DNA of 64,000 nucleotides from Schmidtea nova (taxonomy: Eukaryota). Under the pieces are notes generated by a model. That model worked only from the letters and a program-made list of their open reading frames with translations, did no database searches and was not told the origin of the DNA. Positions 49,966-62,596 of this stretch are shown in pieces (position 1 is the stretch's first letter; each line of letters starts with the position of its first letter). Location of the stretch: NCBI GenBank assembly GCA_044892505.1, contig CM097883.1:164920001-164984000 (forward strand). The letters are read 5' to 3'. A program made the translations under genes and the position numbers.

Positions 49966-52900
49966 ATTATTAGTTATAAGTTATCAATAAATGTCAGATT
50001 TAACTTTCAATTAAAACTAAATATTTACAAAATTAAAATGACGTAAACATGATTTTCCGTAGAAATTATTTTATACAATTTTAAAAATTGAATGTAAATT
50101 ATAATAATAATAATAATAATATTTGTTTGTTTGAAAAATAATGAGCTTTTTGAGGAATGAAAAATAAAACCAATTTTTTAAAGATTAAATTAGTCTATCT
50201 TAAATTGAATATATTTTCGCCAACATGAAACGAGTTTAGAAATTTTAGTTTGAAAAAACTCAAAGCCCACGAGGCGATGAACTCTTGAAAGCTGGGTTTT
50301 GGACTGCCATTGTTACTAAATATCTTTTCGAGCAAGAACTGATTCGCTGCTTGTAAAACTGGCTATCTGTGGGCGAGAAGTCGTAACTATGATTAATGAT
50401 TAACATAATCAATACTATTTCATTAAAAGCAATGTAAAAACTATAAATTTATCGATACAAAATTGTTCTCTTCAGAATCTACTCACTTGTTCCACCTTGA
50501 CAGTAAGTCACTAATTCTTTTTTTGTAAAATCCATCATCGTCTAAGGTGAAGAATTCGCCAAAAGCCTATTAATTTTCATTCTAATTCCAGAACTTTATA
50601 ATGCATTGCTAATACTTTAGTTCAGATACTTAAAAATGTGAAAATCTCTAGAAACAGGTAGGCGGGAAAATGAGTTGAAACAAAGTAGATAGAAATCACA
50701 GATTGACAGGTGTACAAGTTTGCATAAGGAAGAAGTTAAAATAAATAGTTTAACAAAATTAAACTAACGACAAGGAATCGTTGTACAAAATGTTGATAAC
50801 TAAAAGATATACCGAAAAATATGCGTAATGATTTTTGAGAAAACACCAGAACTGTAAAGATTATAATAAAATCAGCAACTTCATACTTGATAACCTAATA
50901 GTTATGATTTGATTCTGTTGAGTTTTACTAACTGTGCAAAGTTATTCAAGGCACTTACACCGATATTTATTTAGAATTCCAAAAAAATAATTGCCATCAT
51001 CAGTTAGTATTTTGTGAGTTACATAACTTTGTATAAATGTCTGTTAATAAAGTGAGACAAGTCCAATTAAAATGAGATATTCAAAGATTTGCGTCTCAAT
51101 AAATGTTGTGTGTTTTGTGATTATACTAAAATAAAATATTGCTATACCTTAATGAATTTTCACTATTAAAGAATAAACGGCTCATGTCACAAAAGAATTT
51201 TATAGCGTTTTAGATATTCTCGTCCATTTCGTGGTTCAGAATATTGACAGTACGGAAGATACTCTACTTTCTAAAAATTATCTTTTTATTGCTTAATGGA
51301 AAGACAAAGAGGTAGATAAGTTTGAAGAGCAAAAATCATCAGGGACATTTTTGTGGTGGAAATCATTCCAGATGTGTACTGAATAATTCTGAAAAGGTAG
51401 ATGACAGAATTGATTCCTTGATGGAAAGTGAGATTAAAATAGAATGAAAGATAAGAGGCTGTCCAAGTATGATCAACAATGTTGGTGCTTTAGAAATAGA
51501 ATGAATACGGGAAATAGCCAATGGGGAACGTGTTAGAAGAGATACTAGGAAAAGATGGAAGAGCGCGTTTCTTGAACGCCAAATGTGATAGAAAGAGATA
51601 ACGAGATTGTTTTGGAAATTGAGTCTTATCGTAGAAGTGAAGTGAATAGAAAATAATGTTGACATCGAGGTTTCATGGAGGATGATTGTCAATTCTAGTG
51701 AGCATTTGCATGCTTTTTTATTTTTTTTCTATAATTTGTTTGTTAGATAACAGTTAGGTAAATATATTATTTGATGGATTGAGTTTTATGGTTAATTAAG
51801 AAGAGATATATTTACAAAATAAAAGTTTGTTATTTTTTAAAAGAAAATACAAAAAGGTACTTCCTTTACCAATTCTTTAAGGAGACATTGAGGAAAGTGT
51901 GGTGACAATTTTATTTCAAAAATAAAACAAGTGGAAAAGATGATTTGGATGTTTTATTATTTTCGAATAGAAAAGAGTTAAGAATTATAAAGTCTTTTGT
52001 GCTTGTTAATAAACTTCAGGTCTAATTATAAATATGATAAAATAATAACTATATTTACTAATAATGTTGGGTTATTGGGTCGTTGGTTACTTTATAATTA
52101 ACAAATTATTACCCTGACTCCAAACGTGCTTTTAATTGACCCACAATAACAACTGATAGCATGAAAATTTTATTGATTATCACAAATAACTTCGATTTAC
52201 AATGAACTGACCAAATTCAAACTACAGCTGATTATACAGTGCTTATTACGACACTATAGTGAAGAACAGCACTAGTGTATAATCGATGTTCGAAATCCCT
52301 CACTGCTGGGGAGTATAACAATTGGTAATTTGGCTGGTTATTTTCTTTATTTGACTTGGATTTACTCGCTGAATTTTACTAGCTCTATTTTCTCAAACTC
52401 TTGAATAAGCTCCTGCTGCTTATCCCTTAGTTTCTGGTTTCGATTGTTGAATTCTCCTTTTGACTCTTCTTTAATTTTCTCTGGACGTTTTCTGCTTCAA
52501 ATTTCTCCTGTTTTCCTCTGACTTCAGTCTTTAAACGCAAATATTCTCCGCAAAATATGTTCTCTCAAATGTTCTGTCTCAAACGTTGTCTCTCAAATAT
52601 TCTGTCTACAATGTTTCTCTAACCACTTCTGTATACAATGTTGTGTGTCTTCTGAAATGCTTCCTCCTTTTATACTTCTTCACTTTGTAGCACTTAAAAT
52701 TATCAGCTGTTGTTACATTTTTCCAACATGATTTTCCATTCATTTTCTCAGCAACGGAGTTATCTTTGACAGCTGTCAAGATAACCTCTGTTTTTCTCCT
52801 TTTTGCCGCTCCGGCTTGTTTGCTTTTTGCCCACATTATCTCTTACCGGTTGTCAAGATAAAATTCTTGTTGTTGTTTTTGTTTTTCCCAAATTTAGAAT

Positions 52901-53673
52901 TTCTTCCTATTTGCACTAGTTAATTAGTGCTGACCTCTATTTCGTTTCGCTTGTCTGATTTCTTTTCTTTTGTTTCCCCTTCTCATTTCTCATTCCTTTT
53001 TATTTCCGTTTTCTTACACAGGCTCCAATCAATCGTGTCATTCCCCATGACAATTTTCCCCCAAGTAATTTTGTTTATTTATTATATTATTTTGAATTTA
53101 GGTATCCTCAACAATAATATGCTTGATTACTATATTTAAATTTATTTTAAATTATTTATATTAATAAATCAAAATATAAACCTTTTTAATTAAAAAAGAA
53201 TGTAGTTAGAATTTCAAAAAAAAGTTAAAAATGTCAAAGATTCCAGAACCTCAAAACTTTCAATTTTAAAGTGAGAAACCCCAATCTATGTTTTCAATGA
53301 TCAAAGCTTTCGTGGAAGTTTCGACGATTCGATCAAAGATTCCTATTATAAGTCAATTCGGTGTCATTGCCTACTCGGCCTATTTGGTTAGCGATAGAAT
53401 TAAAGTTATTACCAAAAGCAAAGAAGATATCTGTTTTTAAACTAATAAAATTTACTATCTTTTAAATTGTGATTCATTTACCACATCACATTCTTATTTA
53501 ACCAAACTTATAAATTTGATTGATTTCTCTCATTTATTGAAATCAGAAATCATTTAAAAGGTACACAAACAAAATTTATAAGGAAAAATTGACTTTTGTT
53601 TAAAACTTAAAATTATTATCAATATAACTAAATAAACAGAAATAGAAATAAACCAACAATTTTACAATCGTAT

Positions 53674-54087
53674 TTAGAATTCATTGTTATTATTTACTTC
53701 AAGATCTCTAATGACAATGGAAAGGTTTTCAAATTCATCATCTTCGTACTTTTCCATTATATTATAATTATCATTATCAATATGAAAATCCTCATCACAG
53801 TCGATGTCGGAATAATATTCCTGATTTTTTTCTTCATCCGAATCTATTACTTGAATCATGTTCAAATTTACATAATGAGAATCGTATTTAAGTGGAGCAA
53901 TCGTTAAGATTTCAATAAAATCGTTTTCATTACTAGAAAATATTTCATCAATTCTCGATCCACATGATGGACACTTGTTTGTAACAAGGATCCATTTCCA
54001 TATGCAATCATCACAGAACTGATGTTCACATCCAACAGCCTTAACAGTCTTTGAACAATTATTTGATAAGCAAATACAGCACTCCAT
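53674..54087 (-). CDS. RING-HC protein, copy 4
   Basis: Intact 137-aa ORF. Confidence 0.8.
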   Translation of the reverse strand: MECCICLSNNCSKTVKAVGCEHQFCDDCIWKWILVTNKCPSCGSRIDEIFSSNENDFIEILTIAPLKYDSHYVNLNMIQVIDSDEEKNQEYYSDIDCDEDFHIDNDNYNIMEKYEDDEFENLSIVIRDLEVNNNNEF

Positions 54088-57000
54088 ATTATTAGTTATA
54101 AGTTATCAATAAATGTCAGATTTAACTTTCAATTAAAACTAAATATTTACAAAATTAAAATGACGTAAACATGATTTTCCGTAGAAATTATTTTATACAA
54201 TTTTAAAAATTGAATGTAAATTATAATAATAATAATAATAATATTTGTTTGTTTGAAAAATAATGAGCTTTTTGAGGAATGAAAAATAAAACCAATTTTT
54301 TAAAGATTAAATTAGTCTATCTTAAATTGAATATATTTTCGCCAACATGAAACGAGTTTAGAAATTTTAGTTTGAAAAAACTCAAAGCCCACGAGGCGAT
54401 GAACTCTTGAAAGCTGGGTTTTGGACTGCCATTGTTACTAAATATCTTTTCGAGCAAGAACTGATTCGCTGCTTGTAAAACTGGCTATCTGTGGGCGAGA
54501 AGTCGTAACTATGATTAATGATTAACATAATCAATACTATTTCATTAAAAGCAATGTAAAAACTATAAATTTATCGATACAAAATTGTTCTCTTCAGAAT
54601 CTACTCACTTGTTCCACCTTGACAGTAAGTCACTAATTCTTTTCTTGTAAAATCCATCATCGTCTAAGGTGAAGAATTCGCCAAAAGCCTATTAATTTTC
54701 ATTCTAATTCCAGAACTTTATAATGCATTGCTAATACTTTAGTTCAGATACTTAAAAATGTAAAAATCTCTAGAAACAGGTAAGCGGGAAAATGAGTTGA
54801 AACAAAGTAGATAGAAATCACAGATTGACAGGTGTACAAGTTTGCATAAGGAAGAAGTTAAAATAAATAGTTTAACAAAATTAAACTAACGACAAGGAAT
54901 CGTTGTACAAAATGTTGATAACTAAAAGATATACCGAAAAATATGCGTAATGATTGTTGAGAAAACACCAGAACTGTAAAGATTATAATAAAATCAGCAA
55001 CTTCATACTTGATAACCTAATAGTTATGATTTGATTCTTTTGAGTTTTACTAACTGTGCAAAGTTATTCAAGGCACTTACACCGATATTTATTTAGAATT
55101 CCAAAAAAATAATTGCCATCATCAGTTAGTATTTTGTGAGTTACATAACTTTGTATAAATGTCTGTTAATAAAGTGAGACAAGTCCAATTAAAATGAGAT
55201 ATTCAAAGATTTGCGTCTCAATAAATGTTGTGTGTTTTGTGATTATACTAAAATAAAATATTGCTATACCTTAATGAATTTTCACTATTAAAGAATAAAC
55301 GGCTCATGTCACAAAAGAATTTTATAGCGTTTTAGATATTCTCGTCCATTTCGTGGTTCAGAATATTGACAGTACGGAAGATACTCTTCTTTCTAAAAAT
55401 TATCTTTTTATTGCTTAATGGAAAGACAAAGAGGTAGATAAGTTTGAAGAGCAAAAATCATCAGGGACATTTTTGTGGTGGAAATCATTCCAGATGTGTA
55501 CTGAATAATTCTGAAAAGGTAGATGACAGAATTGATTCCTTGATGGAAAGTGAGATTAAAATAGAATGAAAGATAAGAGGCTGTCCAAGTATGATCAACA
55601 ATGTTGGTGCTTTAGAAATAGAATGAATACGGGAAATAGCCAATGGGGAACGTGTTAGAAGAGATACTAGGAAAAGATGGAAGAGCGCGTTTCTTGAACG
55701 CCAAATGTGATAGAAAGAGATAACGAGATTGTTTTGGAAATTGAGTCTTATCGTAGAAGTGAAGTGAATAGAAAATAATGTTGACATCGAGGTTTCATGG
55801 AGGATGATTGTCAATTCTAGTGAGCATTTGCATGCTTTTTTATTTTTTTTCTATAATTTGTTTGTTAGATAACAGTTAGGTAAATATATTATTTGATGGA
55901 TTGAGTTTTATGGTTAATTAAGAAGAGATATATTTACAAAATAAAAGTTTGTTATTTTTTAAAAGAAAATACAAAAAGGTACTTCCTTTACCAATTCTTT
56001 AAGGAGACATTGAGGAAAGTGTGGTGACAATTTTATTTCAAAAATAAAACAAGTGGAAAAGTTGATTTGGATGTTTTATTATTTTCGAATAGAAAAGAGT
56101 TAAGAATTATAAAGTCTTTTGTGCTTGTTAATAAACTTCAGGTCTAATTATAAATATGATAAAATAATAACTATATTTACTAATAATGTTGGGTTATTGG
56201 GTCGTTGGTTACTTTATAATTAACAAATTATTACCCTGACTCCAAACGTGCTTTTAATTGACCCACAATATCAACTGATAGCATGAAAATTTTATTGATT
56301 ATCACAAATAACTTCGATTTACAATGAACTGACCAAATTCAAACTACAGCTGATTATACAGTGCTTATTACGACACTATAGTGAAGAACAGCACTAGTGT
56401 ATAATCGATGTTCGAAATCCCTCACTGCTGGGGAGTATAACAATTGGTAATTTGGCTGGTTATTTTCTTTATTTGACTTGGATTTACTCGCTGAATTTTA
56501 CTAGCTCTATTTTCTCAAACTCTTGAATAAGCTCCTGCTGCTTATCCCTTAGTTTCTGGTTTCGATTGTTGAATTCTCCTTTTGACTCTTCTTTAATTTT
56601 CTCTGGACGTTTTCTGCTTCAAATTTCTCCTGTTTTCCTCTGACTTCAGTCTTTAAACGCAAATATTCTCCGCAAAATATGTTCTCTCAAATGTTCTGTC
56701 TCAAACGTTGTCTCTCAAATATTCTGTCTACAATGTTTCTCTAACCACTTCTGTATACAATGTTGTGTGTCTTCTGAAATGCTTCCTCCTTTTATACTTC
56801 TTCACTTTGTAGCACTTAAAATTATCAGCTGTTGTTACATTTTTCCAACATGATTTTCCATTCATTTTCTCAGCAACGGAGTTATCTTTGACAGCTGTCA
56901 AGATAACCTCTGTTTTTCTCCTTTTTGCCGCTCCGGCTTGTTTGCTTTTTGCCCACATTATCTCTTACCGGTTGTCAAGATAAAATTCTTGTTGTTGTTT

Positions 57001-57795
57001 TTGTTTTTCCCAAATTTAGAATTTCTTCCTATTTGCACTAGTTAATTAGTGCTGACCTCTATTTCGTTTCGCTTGTCTGATTTCTTTTCTTTTGTTTCCC
57101 CTTCTCATTTCTCATTCCTTTTTATTTCCGTTTTCTTACACAGGCTCCAATCAATCGTGTCATTCCCCATGACAATTTTCCCCCAAGTAATTTTGTTTAT
57201 TTATTATATTATTTTGAATTTAGGTATCCTCAACAATAATATGCTTGATTACTATATTTAAATTTATTTTAAATTATTTATATTAATAAATCAAAATATA
57301 AACCTTTTTAATTAAAAAAGAATGTAGTTAGAATTTCAAAAAAAAGTTAAAAATGTCAAAGATTCCAGAACCTCAAAACTTTCAATTTTAAAGTGAGAAA
57401 CCCCAATCTATGTTTTCAATGATCAAAGCTTTCGTGGAAGTTTCGACGATTCGATCAAAGATTCCTATTATAAGTCAATTCGGTGTCATTGCCTACTCGG
57501 CCTATTTGGTTAGCGATAGAATTAAAGTTATTACCAAAAGCAAAGAAGATATCTGTTTTTAAACTAATAAAATTTACTATCTTTTAAATTGTGATTCATT
57601 TACCACATCACATTCTTATTTAACCAAACTTATAAATTTGATTGATTTCTCTCATTTATTGAAATCAGAAATCATTTAAAAGGTACACAAACAAAATTTA
57701 TAAGGAAAAATTGACTTTTGTTTAAAACTTAAAATTATTATCAATATAACTAAATAAACAGAAATAGAAATAAACCAACAATTTTACAATCGTAT

Positions 57796-58209
57796 TTAGA
57801 ATTCATTGTTATTATTTACTTCAAGATCTCTAATGACAATGGAAAGGTTTTCAAATTCATCATCTTCGTACTTTTCCATTATATTATAATTATCATTATC
57901 AATATGAAAATCCTCATCACAGTCGATGTCGGAATAATATTCCTGATTTTTTTCTTCATCCGAATCTATTACTTGAATCATGTTCAAATTTACATAATGA
58001 GAATCGTATTTAAGTGGAGCAATCGTTAAGATTTCAATAAAATCGTTTTCATTACTAGAAAATATTTCATCAATTCTCGATCCACATGATGGACACTTGT
58101 TTGTAACAAGGATCCATTTCCATATGCAATCATCACAGAACTGATGTTCACATCCAACAGCCTTAACAGTCTTTGAACAATTATTTGATAAGCAAATACA
58201 GCACTCCAT
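57796..58209 (-). CDS. RING-HC protein, copy 5
   Basis: Intact 137-aa ORF, same protein as copy 4. Confidence 0.8.
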   Translation of the reverse strand: MECCICLSNNCSKTVKAVGCEHQFCDDCIWKWILVTNKCPSCGSRIDEIFSSNENDFIEILTIAPLKYDSHYVNLNMIQVIDSDEEKNQEYYSDIDCDEDFHIDNDNYNIMEKYEDDEFENLSIVIRDLEVNNNNEF

Positions 58210-60308
58210 ATTATTAGTTATAAGTTATCAATAAATGTCAGATTTAACTTTCAATTAAAACTAAATATTTACAAAATTAAAATGACGTAAACATGATTTT
58301 CCGTAGAAATTATTTTATACAATTTTAAAAATTGAATGTAAATTATAATAATAATAATAATAATATTTGTTTGTTTGAAAAATAATGAGCTTTTTGAGGA
58401 ATGAAAAATAAAACCAATTTTTTAAAGATTAAATTAGTCTATCTTAAATTGAATATATTTTCGCCAACATGAAACGAGTTTAGAAATTTTAGTTTGAAAA
58501 AACTCAAAGCCCACGAGGCGATGAACTCTTGAAAGCTGGGTTTTGGACTGCCATTGTTACTAAATATCTTTTCGAGCAAGAACTGATTCGCTGCTTGTAA
58601 AACTGGCTATCTGTGGGCGAGAAGTCGTAACTATGATTAATGATTAACATAATCAATACTATTTCATTAAAAGCAATGTAAAAACTATAAATTTATCGAT
58701 ACAAAATTGTTCTCTTCAGAATCTACTCACTTGTTCCACCTTGACAGTAAGTCACTAATTCTTTTCTTGTAAAATCCATCATCGTCTAAGGTGAAGAATT
58801 CGCCAAAAGCCTATTAATTTTCATTCTAATTCCAGAACTTTATAATGCATTGCTAATACTTTAGTTCAGATACTTAAAAATGTAAAAATCTCTAGAAACA
58901 GGTAGGCGGGAAAATGAGTTGAAACAAAGTAGATAGAAATCACAGATTGACAGGTGTACAAGTTTGCATAAGGAAGAAGTTAAAATAAATAGTTTAACAA
59001 AATTAAACTAACGACAAGGAATCGTTGTACAAAATGTTGATAACTAAAAGATATACCGAAAAATATGCGTAATGATTGTTGAGAAAACACCAGAACTGTA
59101 AAGATTATAATAAAATCAGCAACTTCATACTTGATAACCTAATAGTTATGATTTGATTCTGTTGAGTTTTACTAACTGTGCAAAGTTATTCAAGGCACTT
59201 ACACCGATATTTATTTAGAATTCCAAAAAAATAATTGCCATCATCAGTTAGTATTTTGTGAGTTACATAACTTTGTATAAATGTCTGTTAATAAAGTGAG
59301 ACAAGTCCAATTAAAATGAGATATTCAAAGATTTGCGTCTCAATAAATGTTGTGTGTTTTGTGATTATACTAAAATAAAATATTGCTATACCTTAATGAA
59401 TTTTCACTATTAAAGAATAAACGGCTCATGTCACAAAAGAATTTTATAGCGTTTTAGATATTCTCGTCCATTTCGTGGTTCAGAATATTGACAGTACGGA
59501 AGATACTCTACTTTCTAAAAATTATCTTTTTATTGCTTAATGGAAAGACAAAGAGGTAGATAAGTTTGAAGAGCAAAAATCATCAGGGACATTTTTGTGG
59601 TGGAAATCATTCCAGATGTGTACTGAATAATTCTGAAAAGGTAGATGACAGAATTGATTCCTTGATGGAAAGTGAGATTAAAATAGAATGAAAGATAAGA
59701 GGCTGTCCAAGTATGATCAACAATGTTGGTGCTTTAGAAATAGAATGAATACGGGAAATAGCCAATGGGGAACGTGTTAGAAGAGATACTAGGAAAAGAT
59801 GGAAGAGCGCGTTTCTTGAACGCCAAATGTGATAGAAAGAGATAACGAGATTGTTTTGGAAATTGAGTCTTATCGTAGAAGTGAAGTGAATAGAAAATAA
59901 TGTTGACATCGAGGTTTCATGGAGGATGATTGTCAATTCTAGTGAGCATTTGCATGCTTTTTTATTTTTTTTCTATAATTTGTTTGTTAGATAACAGTTA
60001 GGTAAATATATTATTTGATGGATTGAGTTTTATGGTTAATTAAGAAGAGATATATTTACAAAATAAAAGTTTGTTATTTTTTAAAAGAAAATACAAAAAG
60101 GTACTTCCTTTACCAATTCTTTAAGGAGACATTGAGGAAAGTGTGGTGACAATTTTATTTCAAAAATAAAACAAGTGGAAAAGATGATTTGGATGTTTTA
60201 TTATTTTCGAATAGAAAAGAGTTAAGAATTATAAAGTCTTTTGTGCTTGTTAATAAACTTCAGGTCTAATTATAAATATGATAAAATAATAACTATATTT
60301 ACTAATAA

Positions 60309-61373
60309 TGTTGGGTTATTGGGTCGTTGGTTACTTTATAATTAACAAATTATTACCCTGACTCCAAACGTGCTTTTAATTGACCCACAATAACAACTGA
60401 TAGCATGAAAATTTTATTGATTATCACAAATAACTTCGATTTACAATGAACTGACCAAATTCAAACTACAGCTGATTATACAGTGCTTATTACGACACTA
60501 TAGTGAAGAACAGCACTAGTGTATAATCGATGTTCGAAATCCCTCACTGCTGGGGAGTATAACAATTGGTAATTTGGCTGGTTATTTTCTTTATTTGACT
60601 TGGATTTACTCGCTGAATTTTACTAGCTCTATTTTCTCAAACTCTTGAATAAGCTCCTGCTGCTTATCCCTTAGTTTCTGGTTTCGATTGTTGAATTCTC
60701 CTTTTGACTCTTCTTTAATTTTCTCTGGACGTTTTCTGCTTCAAATTTCTCCTGTTTTCCTCTGACTTCAGTCTTTAAACGCAAATATTCTCCGCAAAAT
60801 ATGTTCTCTCAAATGTTCTGTCTCAAACGTTGTCTCTCAAATATTCTGTCTACAATGTTTCTCTAACCACTTCTGTATACAATGTTGTGTGTCTTCTGAA
60901 ATGCTTCCTCCTTTTATACTTCTTCACTTTGTAGCACTTAAAATTATCAGCTGTTGTTACATTTTTCCAACATGATTTTCCATTCATTTTCTCAGCAACG
61001 GAGTTATCTTTGACAGCTGTCAAGATAACCTCTGTTTTTCTCCTTTTTGCCGCTCCGGCTTGTTTGCTTTTTGCCCACATTATCTCTGACCGGTTGTCAA
61101 GATAAAATTCTTGTTGTTGTTTTTGTTTTTCCCAAATTTAGAATTTCTTCCTATTTGCACTAGTTAATTAGTGCTGACCTCTATTTCGTTTCGCTTGTCT
61201 GATTTCTTTTCTTTTGTTTCCCCTTCTCATTTCTCATTCCTTTTTATTTCCGTTTTCTTACCCAGGCTCCAATCAATCGTGCCATTCCCCATGACAATTT
61301 TCCCCCAAGTAATTTTGTTTATTTATTATACTATTTTGAATTTAGGTATCCTCAACATATCTCCCCCCTTTAA
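60309..61373 (-). mobile_element. 3' LTR of a non-solo element with adjacent polypurine tract
   Basis: Same LTR, but the minus strand reads AAAGGGGGGAG-ATA-TGTTGAGG (PPT at 61361-61373) in place of the ATAA TSD. Confidence 0.85.
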
Positions 61374-61633
61374 AAAAATTCGTCCTTGAATTAAAATTTT
61401 CAAATTATCCTTAGTGCTCTATTCCTCAATTATTATTCTCCCCAAATAGTTTCTCTTTAATTTTAAATTTCCTGATTCATACGTAATTATATATAATAGT
61501 TTGTGATAACAAAATAACAACAATCACAATCACAGTAATGGCGCCCATAGTACTAATAACTATAACAATGATCCTTATACTAATAATAATTATAATAATG
61601 TTAATAATTTAAAATACTCCCTTTTACTAGTAA

Positions 61634-61893
61634 NNNNNNNNNNNNNNNNNNNNNNNNNNNNNNNNNNNNNNNNNNNNNNNNNNNNNNNNNNNNNNNNNNN
61701 NNNNNNNNNNNNNNNNNNNNNNNNNNNNNNNNNNNNNNNNNNNNNNNNNNNNNNNNNNNNNNNNNNNNNNNNNNNNNNNNNNNNNNNNNNNNNNNNNNNN
61801 NNNNNNNNNNNNNNNNNNNNNNNNNNNNNNNNNNNNNNNNNNNNNNNNNNNNNNNNNNNNNNNNNNNNNNNNNNNNNNNNNNNNNNNNNNNNN
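61634..61893. other. Assembly gap (260 N)
   Basis: Run of N. Confidence 1.
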
Positions 61894-62596
61894 TTTTCAC
61901 TATAATAAATAAAAAATTTACAATACTATTATACGGTTTTATTAATTCATTTTTCCTTTCTTAATATTTAATCTACATCAGTTGAAAAAATAATAATAAT
62001 AATAATTACAATACTAATAATACTAATAATTTTTATTACTTATTAATGTTTTAATTATCGGCACTTCAGTGCCGTTCGCAATTATTTGTTATCTTGCAAT
62101 CTTTATGCCACTTCAATATTTTTTTATTGTGGCAATTTGTGTCGTTTATTGTTTTTGTTTAATTGACACTTCAGTGTCTTTAAAATTTTCCAGTTATCTG
62201 GACAAGTTGTCCAGATAACGAATTCATATATTTTTTGTTTTAAATTCTACTTGTGGCATCTAAATGCCAAAATTTCCCTGGCACTTATGTGCCTATGATT
62301 TGTCTACTAGCCGCGATCTAATTGCGGCACTGCTATCTGGATGATTTGTCCAGATAGCAAATATACATGGATTGTCGATTTTATAAAATCGACATTCCTT
62401 CGGATATTTCGTCATTATTTTATGTTAAAAATAAATGTAAGTTTATTTATTGTTTTTTTTTCTATTTGTAATAATAATAATAAAATAATAATGTTTTATT
62501 CGTTATAATAATGGCAATATTTTCTTTTAACAACTATAATTTATAATAATCCCTGACAACAATAACAATTTTAATGATAATTATAATGATGATAAT

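Larger units (their letters stand above)
40641..61357. repeat. Tandem array of five ~4122-bp units (RING gene, spacer, 1049-bp LTR)
   Basis: LTR starts at 43820, 47943, 52065, 56187 and 60309 (period 4122-4123). Units differ by scattered SNPs. Unit 1 has 378 extra bp. Confidence 0.97.

Noticed and set aside
61601-61900. 99-aa ORF of X residues
   Set aside because: Artefact of the N gap.
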